Part shown: positions 28,884 to 42,040 of the stretch, piece by piece
Numbering within the stretch: the stretch's first letter is position 1
Layout: every line of letters begins with the position of its first letter
Assembly: GCA_016748015.1 (NCBI GenBank)
Contig: JAAOMT010000289.1
Coordinates: 445,639 to 509,638, forward strand
DNA length: 64,000 nt
Direction of reading: 5' to 3'
DNA from: Geosiphon pyriformis uo1
Taxonomy: Eukaryota > Fungi > Glomeromycota
The notes under the pieces: model-generated
What the model was told of the DNA's origin: nothing
Seen by the model: only the letters and a program-made list of their open reading frames with translations
The model's database searches: none
Program-made: the position numbers and the translations under genes

Positions 28884-30142
28884 TTATCTTGTAAGTTTCA
28901 AAGAACGAGTATCAGGTATTAAATATGGTTCGTATGTTGTAGTCGCTCCACTGGTTGGTGTAATCGGAGAATTTCCTATTAAGAGAGTTAGGTAAGAATT
29001 GATTTAAGAATCAAAAGTCTATGTATAGAACTTCAAATACCGTTTTCTTCACATTCCGGTGGTTCTATCCAGCCATTAGGGACAACACCTCCAAAATGAG
29101 AAAATTAGATTAGAAAAAGGATTCGAAATTAGAAGCAACATAACCTCTCGGTAATTTTATGCATACAAGGGAAAAAAGTCCCCAATTTGGCCGCACGATT
29201 TATCCAGCCTATATTAGAAGTAGATTATGAGAATAAAAATTTCATTAAACCAATAAAAGAAACAAGCAAAAATATTAAAATTACTAGGTGTAGATTTTCC
29301 TATTAGACGCCTGCATAACTCGTTGGAAAAATGATTACAATTCCTTGAGAATGTTTTTGATGTGAGTTATTTTTTAAAAAACCGAAATGAAGTTAGGTTA
29401 ATACTGTACCTTGTCAAAAGATTGTAAGTATTCCCTCGATATTCCTCTGAAAGCTCCTGTATAATATCTTTGATTTGGTCTTTGTCTAGTTCAGCGAAAC
29501 CCATTGTAATCGTTTCCCTTTAAATAATAAAATAATCGTCAAAATTGCGTTCACAGAGCATGCCAATTAAAGTAACCCACTTGAATGTCACATTGGGTGG
29601 ACCAGTCTTCGGCTTCATGATAAATACCCCTGTATAATCATAATCATGCCCTCCAAAGTTATATTCTGAATAAATTCAGTATAAAACGACCTCTTCAGTA
29701 AAGGGTTAGATAAAAATGTAAAAAAAAAAATATTTTGCAAAAAAAATAGTTGCCTCGTCCTAATATCTCGACACCAGAATGAAATACACCTATTTTCAAG
29801 AAGAGTTTTATTTAGTCATAAGAAACAAGAAAAGTCTGGAATTTAATCAAAAAAAGCTATTGAATCATGAAGCAGACCCATTCCTATCCTGTATCCAAAG
29901 TCAGTGACTTTTCCTCTTGGGAGCTGTAAAAGCAGGATTATCAATTAATAATCACCTAAAATAATTATACTGGATGAAAAAATCTCCTACCATGTCATAC
30001 ACATTGACATATACCTATCGATTAAAATATAAGTACGGGTTAGGTAATGAAAGGAAAGAGGGTGTGAAAATGCCCATTTTTAAAAACATACCGGTATCTT
30101 TCTTGGTTTATGAATGAGTGGTTCTCGCGGTTCTAATCGCAT
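28884..30142 (-). CDS. PPPDE/DeSI-2-type deubiquitinase/desumoylase, 10 exons (GC-AG intron at 29666-29753)
   Basis: VYVNVYDM, GVFHSGVEI..EYNFGGH, YNLLTRNCNHFS (catalytic His/Cys) and WINRAA. Confidence 0.9.
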
Positions 30143-33100
30143 GTTGTTATTGAGATTAGTCAAGTTCAGTGCCGCAGGTGTTATTTTATTTTCCTTGTTC
30201 GCATCGACACTCCAGAACAAAGAGAACATCGTAGAAGTCATTGAAGATAAAAAGAAGATAAATTTCATATATCTACATAACCAGATAGTGAACTTGTGAC
30301 GTAATCTGCAGTGATTGTGTTTCATTATCAATATCTATTTACACGCGTTACATTGGTTGGCTGGATACTAAAAACCTAGTGTATAAATTTAAAGCTTCCG
30401 CATTCAACACACCCGTAAGAAAAGTAGAGCTTTGCCTCTGGAACAGTGTCGGTTGTGTTGCAGGAGATCTACAACTCCGCCTGGTTGTTCAACATGAAAG
30501 ATACCTAGCGTCAATTTACTATAATGTCAGATTTCAAAATGCATGATGTGACTGAATTACTTATACTCGGATCCGAACTGCAAAGAACAGTGGTAAATCA
30601 GTGGATTTTTTATCAATTTACAGATGAGCAAACATGACAAGTTAAAACTGGATAAAAGCTTTTGTAAAATTCACTCTAGAATTAACAAGTTTTTCTTTGA
30701 AACATTGGAATTACTTTCCTCGCCTCACAAATATGTATATGCAAAGAGGCCTACAATAATAGCACAGGAAGTGCTTGATAGATAAAGACGAAGTCTTGCT
30801 GAAATTTTGACAATCGAAGAAGATTGTGAACGAATCGGAAGGCTGATGTTTATGCAGGCTATTTCATAGTTCGTAATATTTACTTCTGTAGGGCTCGAGT
30901 GACGATGACGCCAACGATTTCTTCTGAGCTCGTGCCAAAAGACCAGTTAACTTCATTACCAACGGAGCCCTTGAGGAAGGTAAAGGCAAGCAAACGACGA
31001 TTATGAATTCTCGAACCTGGGATGAGTAAGGAATGGTTGATTCACAGGGCATTGGTCTTATATATAATGTAATGTGTGTAGATGATGCCAAGTCGCAAAA
31101 ATCCCCAAGCTTAATTTTATTTGTTCTTTCTACCCAATCACATCAACACCTTTGATCTCTTAAAAAATGGGGAAGTTTTCAGGGACTGACTAGTCGGTTT
31201 ATTGATAAATCTTGAGAGTATTTGTACAATAGGCATATGTTCTTGTAACCAAGATTGGAAAAAAGTATATAGCTGCAAAAATCTTTGGCTAAACTGACAA
31301 AAAATGTAAATATGAAACTAACTATTATGAACCATTTAATTCTGAAATTTCTTTGTGAGCATTTTCCAGATTACAGTATTTTACACTTTTTGATTGTTTG
31401 TAAAGTTTATTATTATAAATTGGTTGTTTAAATATTAAAATGTCAAAGATTTTAAACATTAGTTTGCAAATTTGTTATTGAAAACAAATTAATAATAAAT
31501 ACTATTATTTATTATTTTATATTTTTATTTATTTTACAATTTTAATAATTATACGTATTTTGTATAATTACAGATTATATATATATATAATAATTTTAAA
31601 TTTTAAAAAAATAATATTTATATTAAATAATAATATCTTTTATTATTTAAATAAAATATATATAATTAAAATATTAATATTTTTTAAATTATTTTAAAAT
31701 CAAATTTTAGATTACAATCTTAATAATAGTAAATTATTTTTATTTTTATTTATTAATTTTATCTTTTATTTTATTTTGTTTTGTTTTTTTTGTTTTATTT
31801 TATTTTATTTTAAAACTTAACATTATATATTTTACTTAATACAATAAAAATTTAAAACCCAAAAACTTTTGATTAAATTTTAACTTTATTTAAAAATAAA
31901 AAAAATTTAAATATTTTTTAATTGTTTTAACAAAGTATAAATTTTTTAACTGTTTATTTCAATTATATAAAATTAATATTTAAATTATGTATTTTTAATA
32001 AATAATCAATTATTAAATTTATGTTAATTAATAAATAATTAAATTTTTTTTAAATTAAAAATACTTAATATTTCTATTTTATTAAAATAATATATAAATA
32101 TTTATTTATTATAAATATGTTTTATTTTTTATTGTTTTTTTATAAAATTTTATTTTATTTTTTATTTAATATAATTTGTCACAATTAATAATAATTAATA
32201 AAAAAAACTTTTAAAATTATAAATATTTATAAAATAAACTTTATATTAAATTGATTAAAATCTTTAAATAAATTAATAAAAAAATAAAACAGTTTTTAAT
32301 AACCAAAAAAAAAAATTTTTTATTAAATTAAAAAAATTTTGTAATTTTAAATTTTTACAACTTCTTTCTTTCCTTTATCCAAAATTCCCAAAAAAGAGTC
32401 AAAGTTTTTTGAAAAAGAAGTTATTTTCACAATTCAGTATGATAAATCCAAACCCCTTATTTTTAACTACAAGACCACTGTTGGTTGTAGTATTGCTGTT
32501 ATGAAAAAAACTGCTAAAGTTTCTGGTCCTAATGATGGCTTCAAGCCCGTTCTTCCAAAGAAGAAAAGGAGAAATGGTGCATTAAAAGATAGTTTTGGTG
32601 GTAAGGTTGTTGGTTCTGAGGTTCAGAATAGTCATTTATGGGGTTTAGAGACCAGTGATACCACTGAGTCTGATAGCATTGACATGGAGGAAGAATGTCT
32701 GGTTGAAGAAACTAGCTTCAGGCAAAAAAGTAGAAAAGAGTCTGGTGGTATTAATACTGATATGACGCCTAAAGGTCCCAAAAGAATTGTTACTAAGTGT
32801 ACTCTTGGGAAGCCTCTTGGCACTATTAACTTTGGCATGGAAAATGATGATGATAATAATATTTTGGATGGGTTACTCTCTCTTCCTCCCTCTCTTTCTT
32901 TCAAACATATGGTACAGGTCTCAGTCAGGAAATCTTTTGCTCTGGATATTAATCTTGGAGTGGTAACTGACAAGTTATCTCAAGAGAAATTAGCTTATGT
33001 TAGAAAAATTTTTTCTGGTATGAATGGTTTTGGGGGGGGCCTCTACCCCCTCAAAATTTGGTGAAATAATTTGGGCTTCTTTTATTTCTGATAAGACAAT

Positions 33101-36100
33101 AATGACTGTAGCAAAATTGGCAAATGATCATGGTGTTGTAATAAACACTAATTTTAAGCATCCTGGCAACAATTATATGAATTGGGCAATTGTATTGAAA
33201 AAGATCCCAGTAGGAACATCTGTAGAGGCTGTGCGTGCAGTTGTATCTGAATTTGGGGTAATTAAGATAATCAAAATGCAACTGGTGGATTTGTGGCAGA
33301 AAGCAATCATTGAATTGGAGGATCAGAATTAAGCTGATCTGTTAGCTGCTAAATGGTCTATCCTAATCAGGAAAGATGCGGTACAAGTGGCCAGAGCTAA
33401 CATTGACAAACAGTTATAGAATGCTTGAAATAGTTTCAGAGCCTTGTTGTATACTCTCCCCATGGGAACCACTGCTCATGATTTGTGGAATTTTATTGGT
33501 TCTGTTGGTGGAAAAACCTGCTTCATTAATCATAATTCTGTCAATTATTCTCGTGCCCACTGTGCTACTGTGTGCTTTGACTCTGAATTGGATTTGGTTG
33601 GTACTATGATAGCAACTCCAATTATAAAGGGTGTTAATCTTCGCTGATCTTGTCTCTCTCAGGCTTCATGTGCAATTTGCAAAGGTTTTGGTTATACATC
33701 TCTTAATTGTTGGTCAGTTAAAGATGCTGTGGCTCCAGGCAGCAGAAAGGCTCCTCTTTCAGCCCAAGACCAGTTTAGATTGGCTAGGATTTATGCGAAA
33801 AAGTCTGCCCCTATTTTTCATCCTTTGGCTTTCGGTGATAAAACTTAGGCATCAGTAGTTGGTGCTCCTCCTGTGCATGCTTCTTATGGTGCTGGTATGT
33901 CTCTTGGTTTCAATAAAATTGGTGAACCCCTTCCTCCAGTTGTGGACAACTTGGAATCATGTCTGGTTGGTATTGAAAGCAGTCTTGTTAGCCTCGTAGA
34001 ACAGATTAGTGAGTTGGCTAAGAGGTTGGAGTCACTCATGCCAGCAGTTTCCCAGTCTAGCCCTGGATGTTAACTGCCAGTGACCCTCCCATCACAGAAT
34101 CAAGAGGAAGATATAGTGATGAGAGTGGGTTTGGATGAAGCCACTAGTGACAAGATTGTTCCAATTGTGGACTCAACAGCATCCCTTCATGTTGTTAAAC
34201 TGGAAAAAATGCTGGATGGTCTTTCCAGGTCTGTGTTGAGCTTGTCTGCTCGCTTCGATAGTTTGGCTTTGGCTAGTGGTGCCACTTCCCTAACTTCTTC
34301 TCAATAAGTAATCTCATGTAGAGAATTGCTACATGCAATGTTAAAGATATAAATATTCCTGCAAAACAGGATGATATTGTTAGATGGCATAAAGATATAA
34401 ACAATTTGGTTTCGATTTTCACAAAGACAAAGTTAAAAAATAAGGCTTGCCCTTGGTTGGTTGACAAATTTGATAATGTTTGTGTGTTTTCTTCTGGTTT
34501 GGACTCTGGCTATGTAGGTGCTGGTGTTATGATTGTTATGAACAGATCTTTGGCCAGGCATGTGTATAAGGTTTCTAAAGTCTCAGGTTGTCTTTTCTGC
34601 ATTAGATTACTTTTCAAAAACAAACTTTTGGTTTCAATTCTGAGTCTGTATGCTGGTGCCTCTTTGGCTACTCAATTTTTCCAAGCTGATAAGATCAATT
34701 CCTTGATTGCAAGAGCTGTAAATGAATTATCTTTTGTCATTCTTGGTGGTAATTTCAACAAAAATGGCTCTCGTAAGTGTGCTAGTTTTAAAAGATGCCA
34801 TGATTTGGGTTTGGTTAATTCTTTGGGTAAGAGCTCCTTTGCTAAAGCGCCAACTTGGAGCAATTCTTGGGGTGTTTCAAAAACAATTGATTATGTATTT
34901 GTTTCTTCAAATCTAGTGAATACAATAATGCAGCGCAGTGTTTTTGTTGTCAATAAGCATTTTGACATGGATCACAGAGCTGTTTCTGTGTCTTTGGGTT
35001 TGGGTGGCCTTCTAGATACAAGATTAAACTCCTTTTGCAAACAGGCGAATAAGGATTGATGAAAGTTCAATTTCAAAAATGCTGATAAAATCAAATGGAA
35101 TAATTTTAAATGTTTTACACTGGCAAATGCTGCAATGTTCTCAGGTGAATTCACTGCATCTGTGAGGTTTTCGGATTTGGATGCTATGTGGTGTGTTGTG
35201 TGCAAAATTATGACTCTTTCGGCTAATGAAATTTTCAAAAAAAAGTGGTTCAAGAAGTTTGATGAAGTTTTCATTAAGGATTCTTTGAAGTTTCATAAAT
35301 TAGAGCTTTTGGTTTCTAGGATTGTCAAGACTTTACGTGGGGAAGATACTGAATACTTTGTTTATCTTATGAAATGTTGGAGTTCTGTGGACAATGTCAA
35401 GTCTTCTGTTGTTCAAAATCTAGTGGACTCTGGAACTGGTTTTGATTGTATTTGTTCTGCTCTTTTTGGTGCTAGAAAGTCTTACTTTGCTTCCAAAATT
35501 GCTGAATCTCTGAGAGCTAAGAAAGCTAACATCAGGTCTGCCATTAATAAGAGAATGGAGAGCTTCAAGGTCAACAAGAGTCATACAATCAGGAGTGTAC
35601 TAAAGCGTCTTTTCCGTAAAGTGGTGCTAGACCATCTGGTGGTTAATGATGATCTGATTTTGGAGTCTGATTTGGTTAAGTTTAAGGTAGATGTGATCAT
35701 AAAGGGATAGACCAGAAAGTGTCATGTTGCTAATGATATTTTGATTAATTGGTGCCATTAATATTAACCTTTGGATTATGTTTTTGATGAGACCTTTTCT
35801 GGTGTAATGTGCTCGATTGGTTTTGATGAATTCTTTGGGATGGTTTCTGACTTGCCTAATGGCAAAGCTGCTGGTTTGTCTGATATCTCAAATGAACTTT
35901 GGAAACATTGCGATAAGTTTGTTCTGAATATGCTCTTGGTGATTTTGAATTTTTGTCTGTTTGATGAATTGGTGTTTGGCTCTTGGAAAGAGACCTGGGT
36001 CTCAATGATTCCCAAACCATATGAGTGAGAGAGTGTTTTAATCAATACTCATCCTATTGTTTTGATCGAAACAGCTCATAAAATTCTTTCTAAGATTTTT

Positions 36101-36562
36101 TTTGACAGAATCTCCTTGGCTTGTAGTGCTTTTGATATTCTTCGTGGGAACAACTTCTCAGTTTTAAAGGGTATAACAACTCAGTCTTCTATTTTTGCAA
36201 TTGGTTCAATGGTTGAAAATGCTTTGAAAAAAGACCGAGAACTCTGGCTGGTTCTGCAGGACATGTGGAAAGCATATAATTCAGTTGGCTGAGAACATCT
36301 CAAAAATAGTTTGGTCAAGATTAAGATATGTAGCAGATTTATTCATTTTTTTGGCAACATTTACAATGATCGTACCAACCGGGTTATGACTGATTTTGGT
36401 TTGACAAATGGTTATTATGTATATAATGGCCTGGATTAAGGAGAAGTTTTTTCCTCCCTTTTGTGGCGAATATTTTATGACCCTTTGTTGTGTGAGGTCA
36501 AGTGCCAGGAGAGTGTATGTGGATATAGGCTGAATTCTCATTTTATTTCCAAGAATGGTCAT

Positions 36563-37533
36563 TGTTACTGGAGGTTTTTGGTCTCTTTTCTTGAATGTTG
36601 TAAATGTCTGTTGGTTGCAAATTCACATTTTCTAAAAGTAGTTGAACCTCTAATAACTGAATTTATCTTCAAATTATTTTCTATAATTTAAACTTGCTAG
36701 ACTTATAAGTAGAATGACCAATTCCTTGTCAGTTACTTTATGTAGTTACATTGTAGTAAACATCAACTCTTTCCCAGGAATTGCTCATCTGGAAGCTCAT
36801 TAAAAATGTGTAGTTACTTTGCTGTGAAAGTCAACTCTTGTACAAAAATCTTGTCTGTAAGCTACCCTAATAATTATAATAAGAAAATAAAAGAAAAATA
36901 AAAGAAATGTAAAAGAAATTGAATCCTGTCAAGGAAAACGTTTTTTATTCAGGCCTGAAGTCACTAACAGTTTACTGAAATTAGTAGCTAATCAATTTCA
37001 AAATGTTAGTTGGGTTTTGGGGATTTTTCAAGTGCAATAATTAAAGAATTTGGTTTTTCAAATTATTTGATATTTATTTCTTTTTGTGTGTATAGGAATG
37101 GTTCTAAGTGATAAATCTAAAGTAAGATACATTTTTTTGAAGAGAAAAGCTCTTCTTTTATACAACTTGTTGTAGTACTAGTTTATGAACTTGCACTTTT
37201 TCTCTTTGCTCAAATTTTGGCAAACTAAAGATACATTTTGATGGACTACAAATTATTTCACTGAACTATTGATTAATTTGAATGAACTATTCATAATTTC
37301 GGCGAATTTCTATAAATTTCAGCAAATTTTTGAATGTTACAAAGTTCAGGGTATTGTGTAATTTGATCATCCTACTTTTTGTTATACTAATTGGATTATT
37401 TAATTGAATCATGATATGTGATAATTGATTAAATAATAAATGATAATTTGAAATATTATTAATATACTAATTAACTATAGAAATTATAAGGGTAATTTCA
37501 TGCTAATTAATAGCTAAAATTCTACTGGTAACA
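36563..37533 (-). repeat. 3' LTR of the gypsy element
   Basis: TGTTAC...GTAACA termini; direct repeat of 45474-46453. Confidence 0.95.
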
Positions 37534-37536
37534 TAA

Positions 37537-37546
37537 TCTCCTCCTC
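37537..37546 (-). promoter_or_regulatory. Polypurine tract (GAGGAGGAGA) next to the 3' LTR
   Basis: Minus strand reads ...ttGAGGAGGAGAtta|TGTTACC. Confidence 0.8.
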
Positions 37547-38140
37547 AAGACTGAGCTCCATCAAAGTCCAAGCACTATCTGTAATATTGAGATAGTAATC
37601 CAAAATAATTGAAGTAATCTGGTCTGAAAATTATTGAAATTTCAGTTTTGTAAGTTTGCCAATGTATTGGACTTTCATTGATTGCAGTATTAGATTTTGT
37701 AGAACATTTTCACAAGTATTAAACAAATCATAGAGTCTAAAAGCTGCTCTAAGTTTATAGCAAGTGTTTATTGGTCCAGCTGCTGTTTTGAATTCATTAT
37801 GAATTTGTTTTTGTATAGCTTCAGGAGTGAGATTTGTTGTTTCAAGTTCCAGTTTTCGTTCATAAAGTGTCTTTCCAATGTGAAAGTATTTATAGATAGG
37901 GGTGTGTTCATTGTTCTGTTCATTAAGAAGTAGTAAAAGTTTTTGTTGCATTGTAGCATTTGGTGGAATGTCAATAGGGGCAATTAAAAGATTTTCTTTC
38001 AGTGCTTGCTTCAAAAGTCTTGGTAACCTATTTTCAGAGTAACTTCTTGTTTTTCTTTTATAGAGGTAATAGTTCTGTAAATAATTTACTACTGGGGCTG
38101 TGGTTTCTTTCTAAATGTAATTAATTTGACTTTCATTAAT
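37540..38140 (-). pseudogene. Extra ORF between integrase and the PPT (env position), unknown helical protein
   Basis: ORF 37631..38014 (YKYFHIGKTLYERK...KLRAAFRLYDLF...IGKLTKLKF). The frame continues past a stop to the PPT. Confidence 0.6.
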
Positions 38141-41100
38141 TGTTATGGATAAGTCAGAAAGTGTTTTCAAGACTAACATTAACTTTTGGGATATTTGTTG
38201 AATATTTCGGAGAATAATCATAATAAAATTGACTAATTATGAAAAAGGAGAATAAAGAAAATTATTTTTGGATATGGAGTTTTTATTTGTTTTTGGGTTT
38301 AGGTGTTTTTTGTAATTATTTACTATTTTTTGTCTTTGTGTTTTTATTAAAGAAATATTGTAAAATTTAAGTATTCAAGTTTGGTTGTTGTTCTATTATA
38401 ATTATTGGTTTTAAATTTCGGGAAATATCTTCAGAATTAATTAAAGGGGAATGTGTACCAATTTGTGGAATTAATGTTTCAGAATTGTTTCTGGAATGAT
38501 AGTGTTTCAATCTGTCTCTATGTGCAACTTTTGCTAATATTTTATCATCAAGTCTTAACTTGTATGATCTATTGCCTAGAATTTCGTGAATATAAAATGG
38601 TCCATCCCATTTGTTTTCAAATTTTCCACTCTATTGTTTTTTAGCCTTAATTTTGTGTAAGAGAACTTTATTTCCAACTTTAAATTCGTTGGTAATAAGT
38701 GGTAATTTGTTGTTATGTCTTTCTTTTTGTTGAGCTTGAGAATGTTCAATATGAGTTGCTGCTATTTTTTTTTCCTTTCAATGTACTAAGAAGAGTGTAG
38801 GCCCTTCTTTGGAGTGTTTCTTGAAAGTTCTCTTCATTAATTGGTTGCACAGGGTATGTTTCCACTGTGAAATTAATTGGTAATATTGCTGTTCTTCTAT
38901 AAGTTAAATCAAATGGTGTGTGTTTCGTAGTATCTTGTTTTAGTGTTCTGTATGCTAGTAACACTGATGGAATAAAGATATCCCATTTCTGCTCAAAGTC
39001 TGTTGAGACTTTGGCTAGAGATTTACACAATGTTCTGTTGAAACGTTCTACAAGTCTATTTGTTTGAGAGTAATAAGGTGATGATAGAGGTCTTTTGACA
39101 TTAAATTGTTCACAAATTTCTTGTATCAAGTTGTTCACAAAATGTGTTTCTTGATCAGATAAAAGTTCAATTGGGCATCCATGTCTACAAATAATGTCTT
39201 CATAAATGAAATTTGCTACTGATTTTGCATTTGCTTTTTGGATAGCTCTAGCTTCAGGCTATTTGGTAAGATAATCTACTGCTACTGCAATATAGTGATT
39301 TCTTTGGGTTGTGATAGGTAATGGTCCGACTAAATCAATTCCAACTCTGTCAAAAGGTTGTCTAACTTTGATTAGATTTAAAGGTTCTGTGGGACAAATT
39401 CCTCTTCTTTTTTGACAACTATCACAAGATTCTACATATTGTCAAATGTTTTTTTGCATGTGAGACCAAAAATAATGTTCAAGAGTTCTTTGAATTGTTC
39501 CATCTCTTCTCAAGTGTGCTGAAGACAGATCTGTGTGCATGTTATATAAAATTGTTTCTTTTTCATTTTCCTGTACTAATCTGAGTGATTGGTTTGGGTT
39601 TTTACGATTTTTGTAATAGATTTTGTTGTGGTATATAAAATATTGTTTGAATTGGTATTGTAATCAATGTTTTCACTTGGGGACCAATTTTCTGGCATGG
39701 TGAGAGTCTCCAAATAGTTTTTGATGTTGTTGTAGTTTTCTGGATCTATTGTTGTTGATTTTGTTGTTTGTTCTGCTGTTAAGTTTGTTGGTGTTGATGT
39801 TGGTTTTAATATTGTCTCATCCTTAAGAGGCTGTTAACATTAGTGTGTATTTTTTCTGGTTTGTAGTGTACAATATATTTGTAGTCTGCTAAGAAGTCAT
39901 TTTATCGAGACTGTTTGGCACTTTGTTCAGTTTTTTTTTTATTGAGCCATTTGAGACCAATATTGTCAATTATAATATTAAATTCTTTTCCATTCTTCAG
40001 ATATTGTTGAAAATATTTAAGAACCCAGATGACTGCAGCAGCTTTTAATTCAGTTGAACCGTATTTTAGTTCTGTTGGTTTAAGTGTTCTACTAGCATAG
40101 ATGATAACTTTTTTTTGCCCATTTTTATCTAATTGTGATAAGATGACACCAAATGCTATGTGTGAAGCATCAGTGGCTAATTGGAACCATTTGTTAAAGT
40201 CTGGGTAAGCAAGAACTGGGGCTGTTGTTAATTTTGTTTTGAGAGTTTCAAAAGCTTTTTGTTGTTCTTCAGTTCATTTGTATGGCACGTTTTTGTTGAT
40301 AAGATAATTGAGTGGTTTAACAATTTCTGAGAATTTTTTTATGAATTTTCAATAGTAAAAGACTAATCTTACAAATCCTTGTAGTTTTGTGGTATTTCTG
40401 GAAGTTTGAAAGTTTTTGACAGCACTGATTGTTCCTGGGTTTGGTTTGATTCCATCTTTACTAACTATGTGTTCAAGAAAGATCAAATTTGTTTTTCCAA
40501 AGTAACATTTTTCAATATTTAACTTTAATCCTGCTTTCTGTAATTGTTAAAAAACTTTTCACAGGTGAATGAAGTGGGCTTCAAAGCTTGGTGAGTATAT
40601 ATTAGTATTATCAAGATAGACAACTACTAATTGCCACAAAAGCCCTTTATATACAACATCTATGAGTTGCTAAAATGTTGCTGGTGCATTGCAGAGTCTA
40701 AAAGGCATAACATTAAACTCATAGTTTCTTCCTTGAGTGGTAAATGCTGTTTTGGGTTGGTCTTTTGGATTCATTTCGATTTGCCAGTATCCATTTTTCA
40801 AGTCCAAAGTTGAGAAGAACTTGGCTTTTCCTAAAGTATCTAACATGTCATCAATTTTTGAAAGAGGATAGGCATCTCCAATTGTCATACTGTTCAATTG
40901 GCAATAGTCAACACAAAATCTGATTTTTCCATTTTTTTTTTGATAAGAACTACTGGTGAGGCCCAAGAATTTCTTGATGGTTGAATCAATCCATTATTAA
41001 GCATTCTCTGGACTTCTTCTCTGATAAATTGGTGACTGGCAGGTGGCACTCTGTAAGCTTGCTGACATTTTAGTGGAACATTTTCTGTATGGATCTGATG

Positions 41101-41649
41101 TTGAATGATATCTGTTTTTCCCAGGTTATTGTTGTTTTTTACAAATATATCTGCAAATTCAGCTATTAATTGTTTCAATTGTTTTTGTTGTTGAGGTTCT
41201 AAGGGACTCATGTTGATATGAGAGAGTTTTTCTTCCAAAAGATGATAGTTTTTAGTGATGGAAATGATATTTGGATTTGGGAGTAGAATGTGCCTTACAA
41301 TTTCGATAAAATTAGAAACAATTTGAGGGTTTTTATCTTGAAAAATATTGCTGTGTATGATTCCAATCTCTAATTTGTTTAATAAGACAATAGGGTAATT
41401 ATTGGGATTGTAAAATATAACTCGAAATTTTTTCATTCCTTTGGGAATATAAACATTTGGAATTGAGATTTCATGCTTCAAACAGATTTGTTCATTGGAT
41501 TCAAAGATTTGTTGGGTAGTAGTGGGTTTTGAGCAAGTGTAAATTTCGTGATGTTCTCCAAAAGGTGAAATGGTAATTGGTTGGAGAAGTTAAAGAATCT
41601 GGTGAGATTCATTTTGTATTTTAAGGACTATGTTTACTGAAACTGTAAA

Positions 41650-42040
41650 TTGTCCAGTTGAATCAAAACCTTGAGTTCCTCTTTCACTTTTTTCCAATTG
41701 TTCTCTGTTGTTAACTGATTGTAGACCCGAAATATTGATTAAGGGTAGGTAAATTGCTTGAGCAATTTTTTTAGCATGTTTAATCTTGAATGGTTTGTCT
41801 GTTTCATTCTGCAACATGATGGTAATGTCTTCAGTATATCCTGCATCTATAACTCCTTCTCTAATATTGATTCCTTTGCTTACCAATAATAATCTGGAGG
41901 CAATTTGAATCATTGCTCCAAGTGGAATTTCAAGAGTGATTTTGAGATTGATTTTTGTCAAAGACTTTGGTTGGAGAACCAAGGTATCTTTTCCTGGGTA
42001 TCTTAGGTCATATTTGGCATCAATTTTGTGTGCTTTTTTT
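41650..42040 (-). pseudogene. Trimeric dUTPase domain inside the gypsy pol
   Basis: Motifs AHKIDAKYDL, IASR, GVIDAGY, KIAQ and RGTQGFDSTG, in frame with the protease. Confidence 0.9.
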
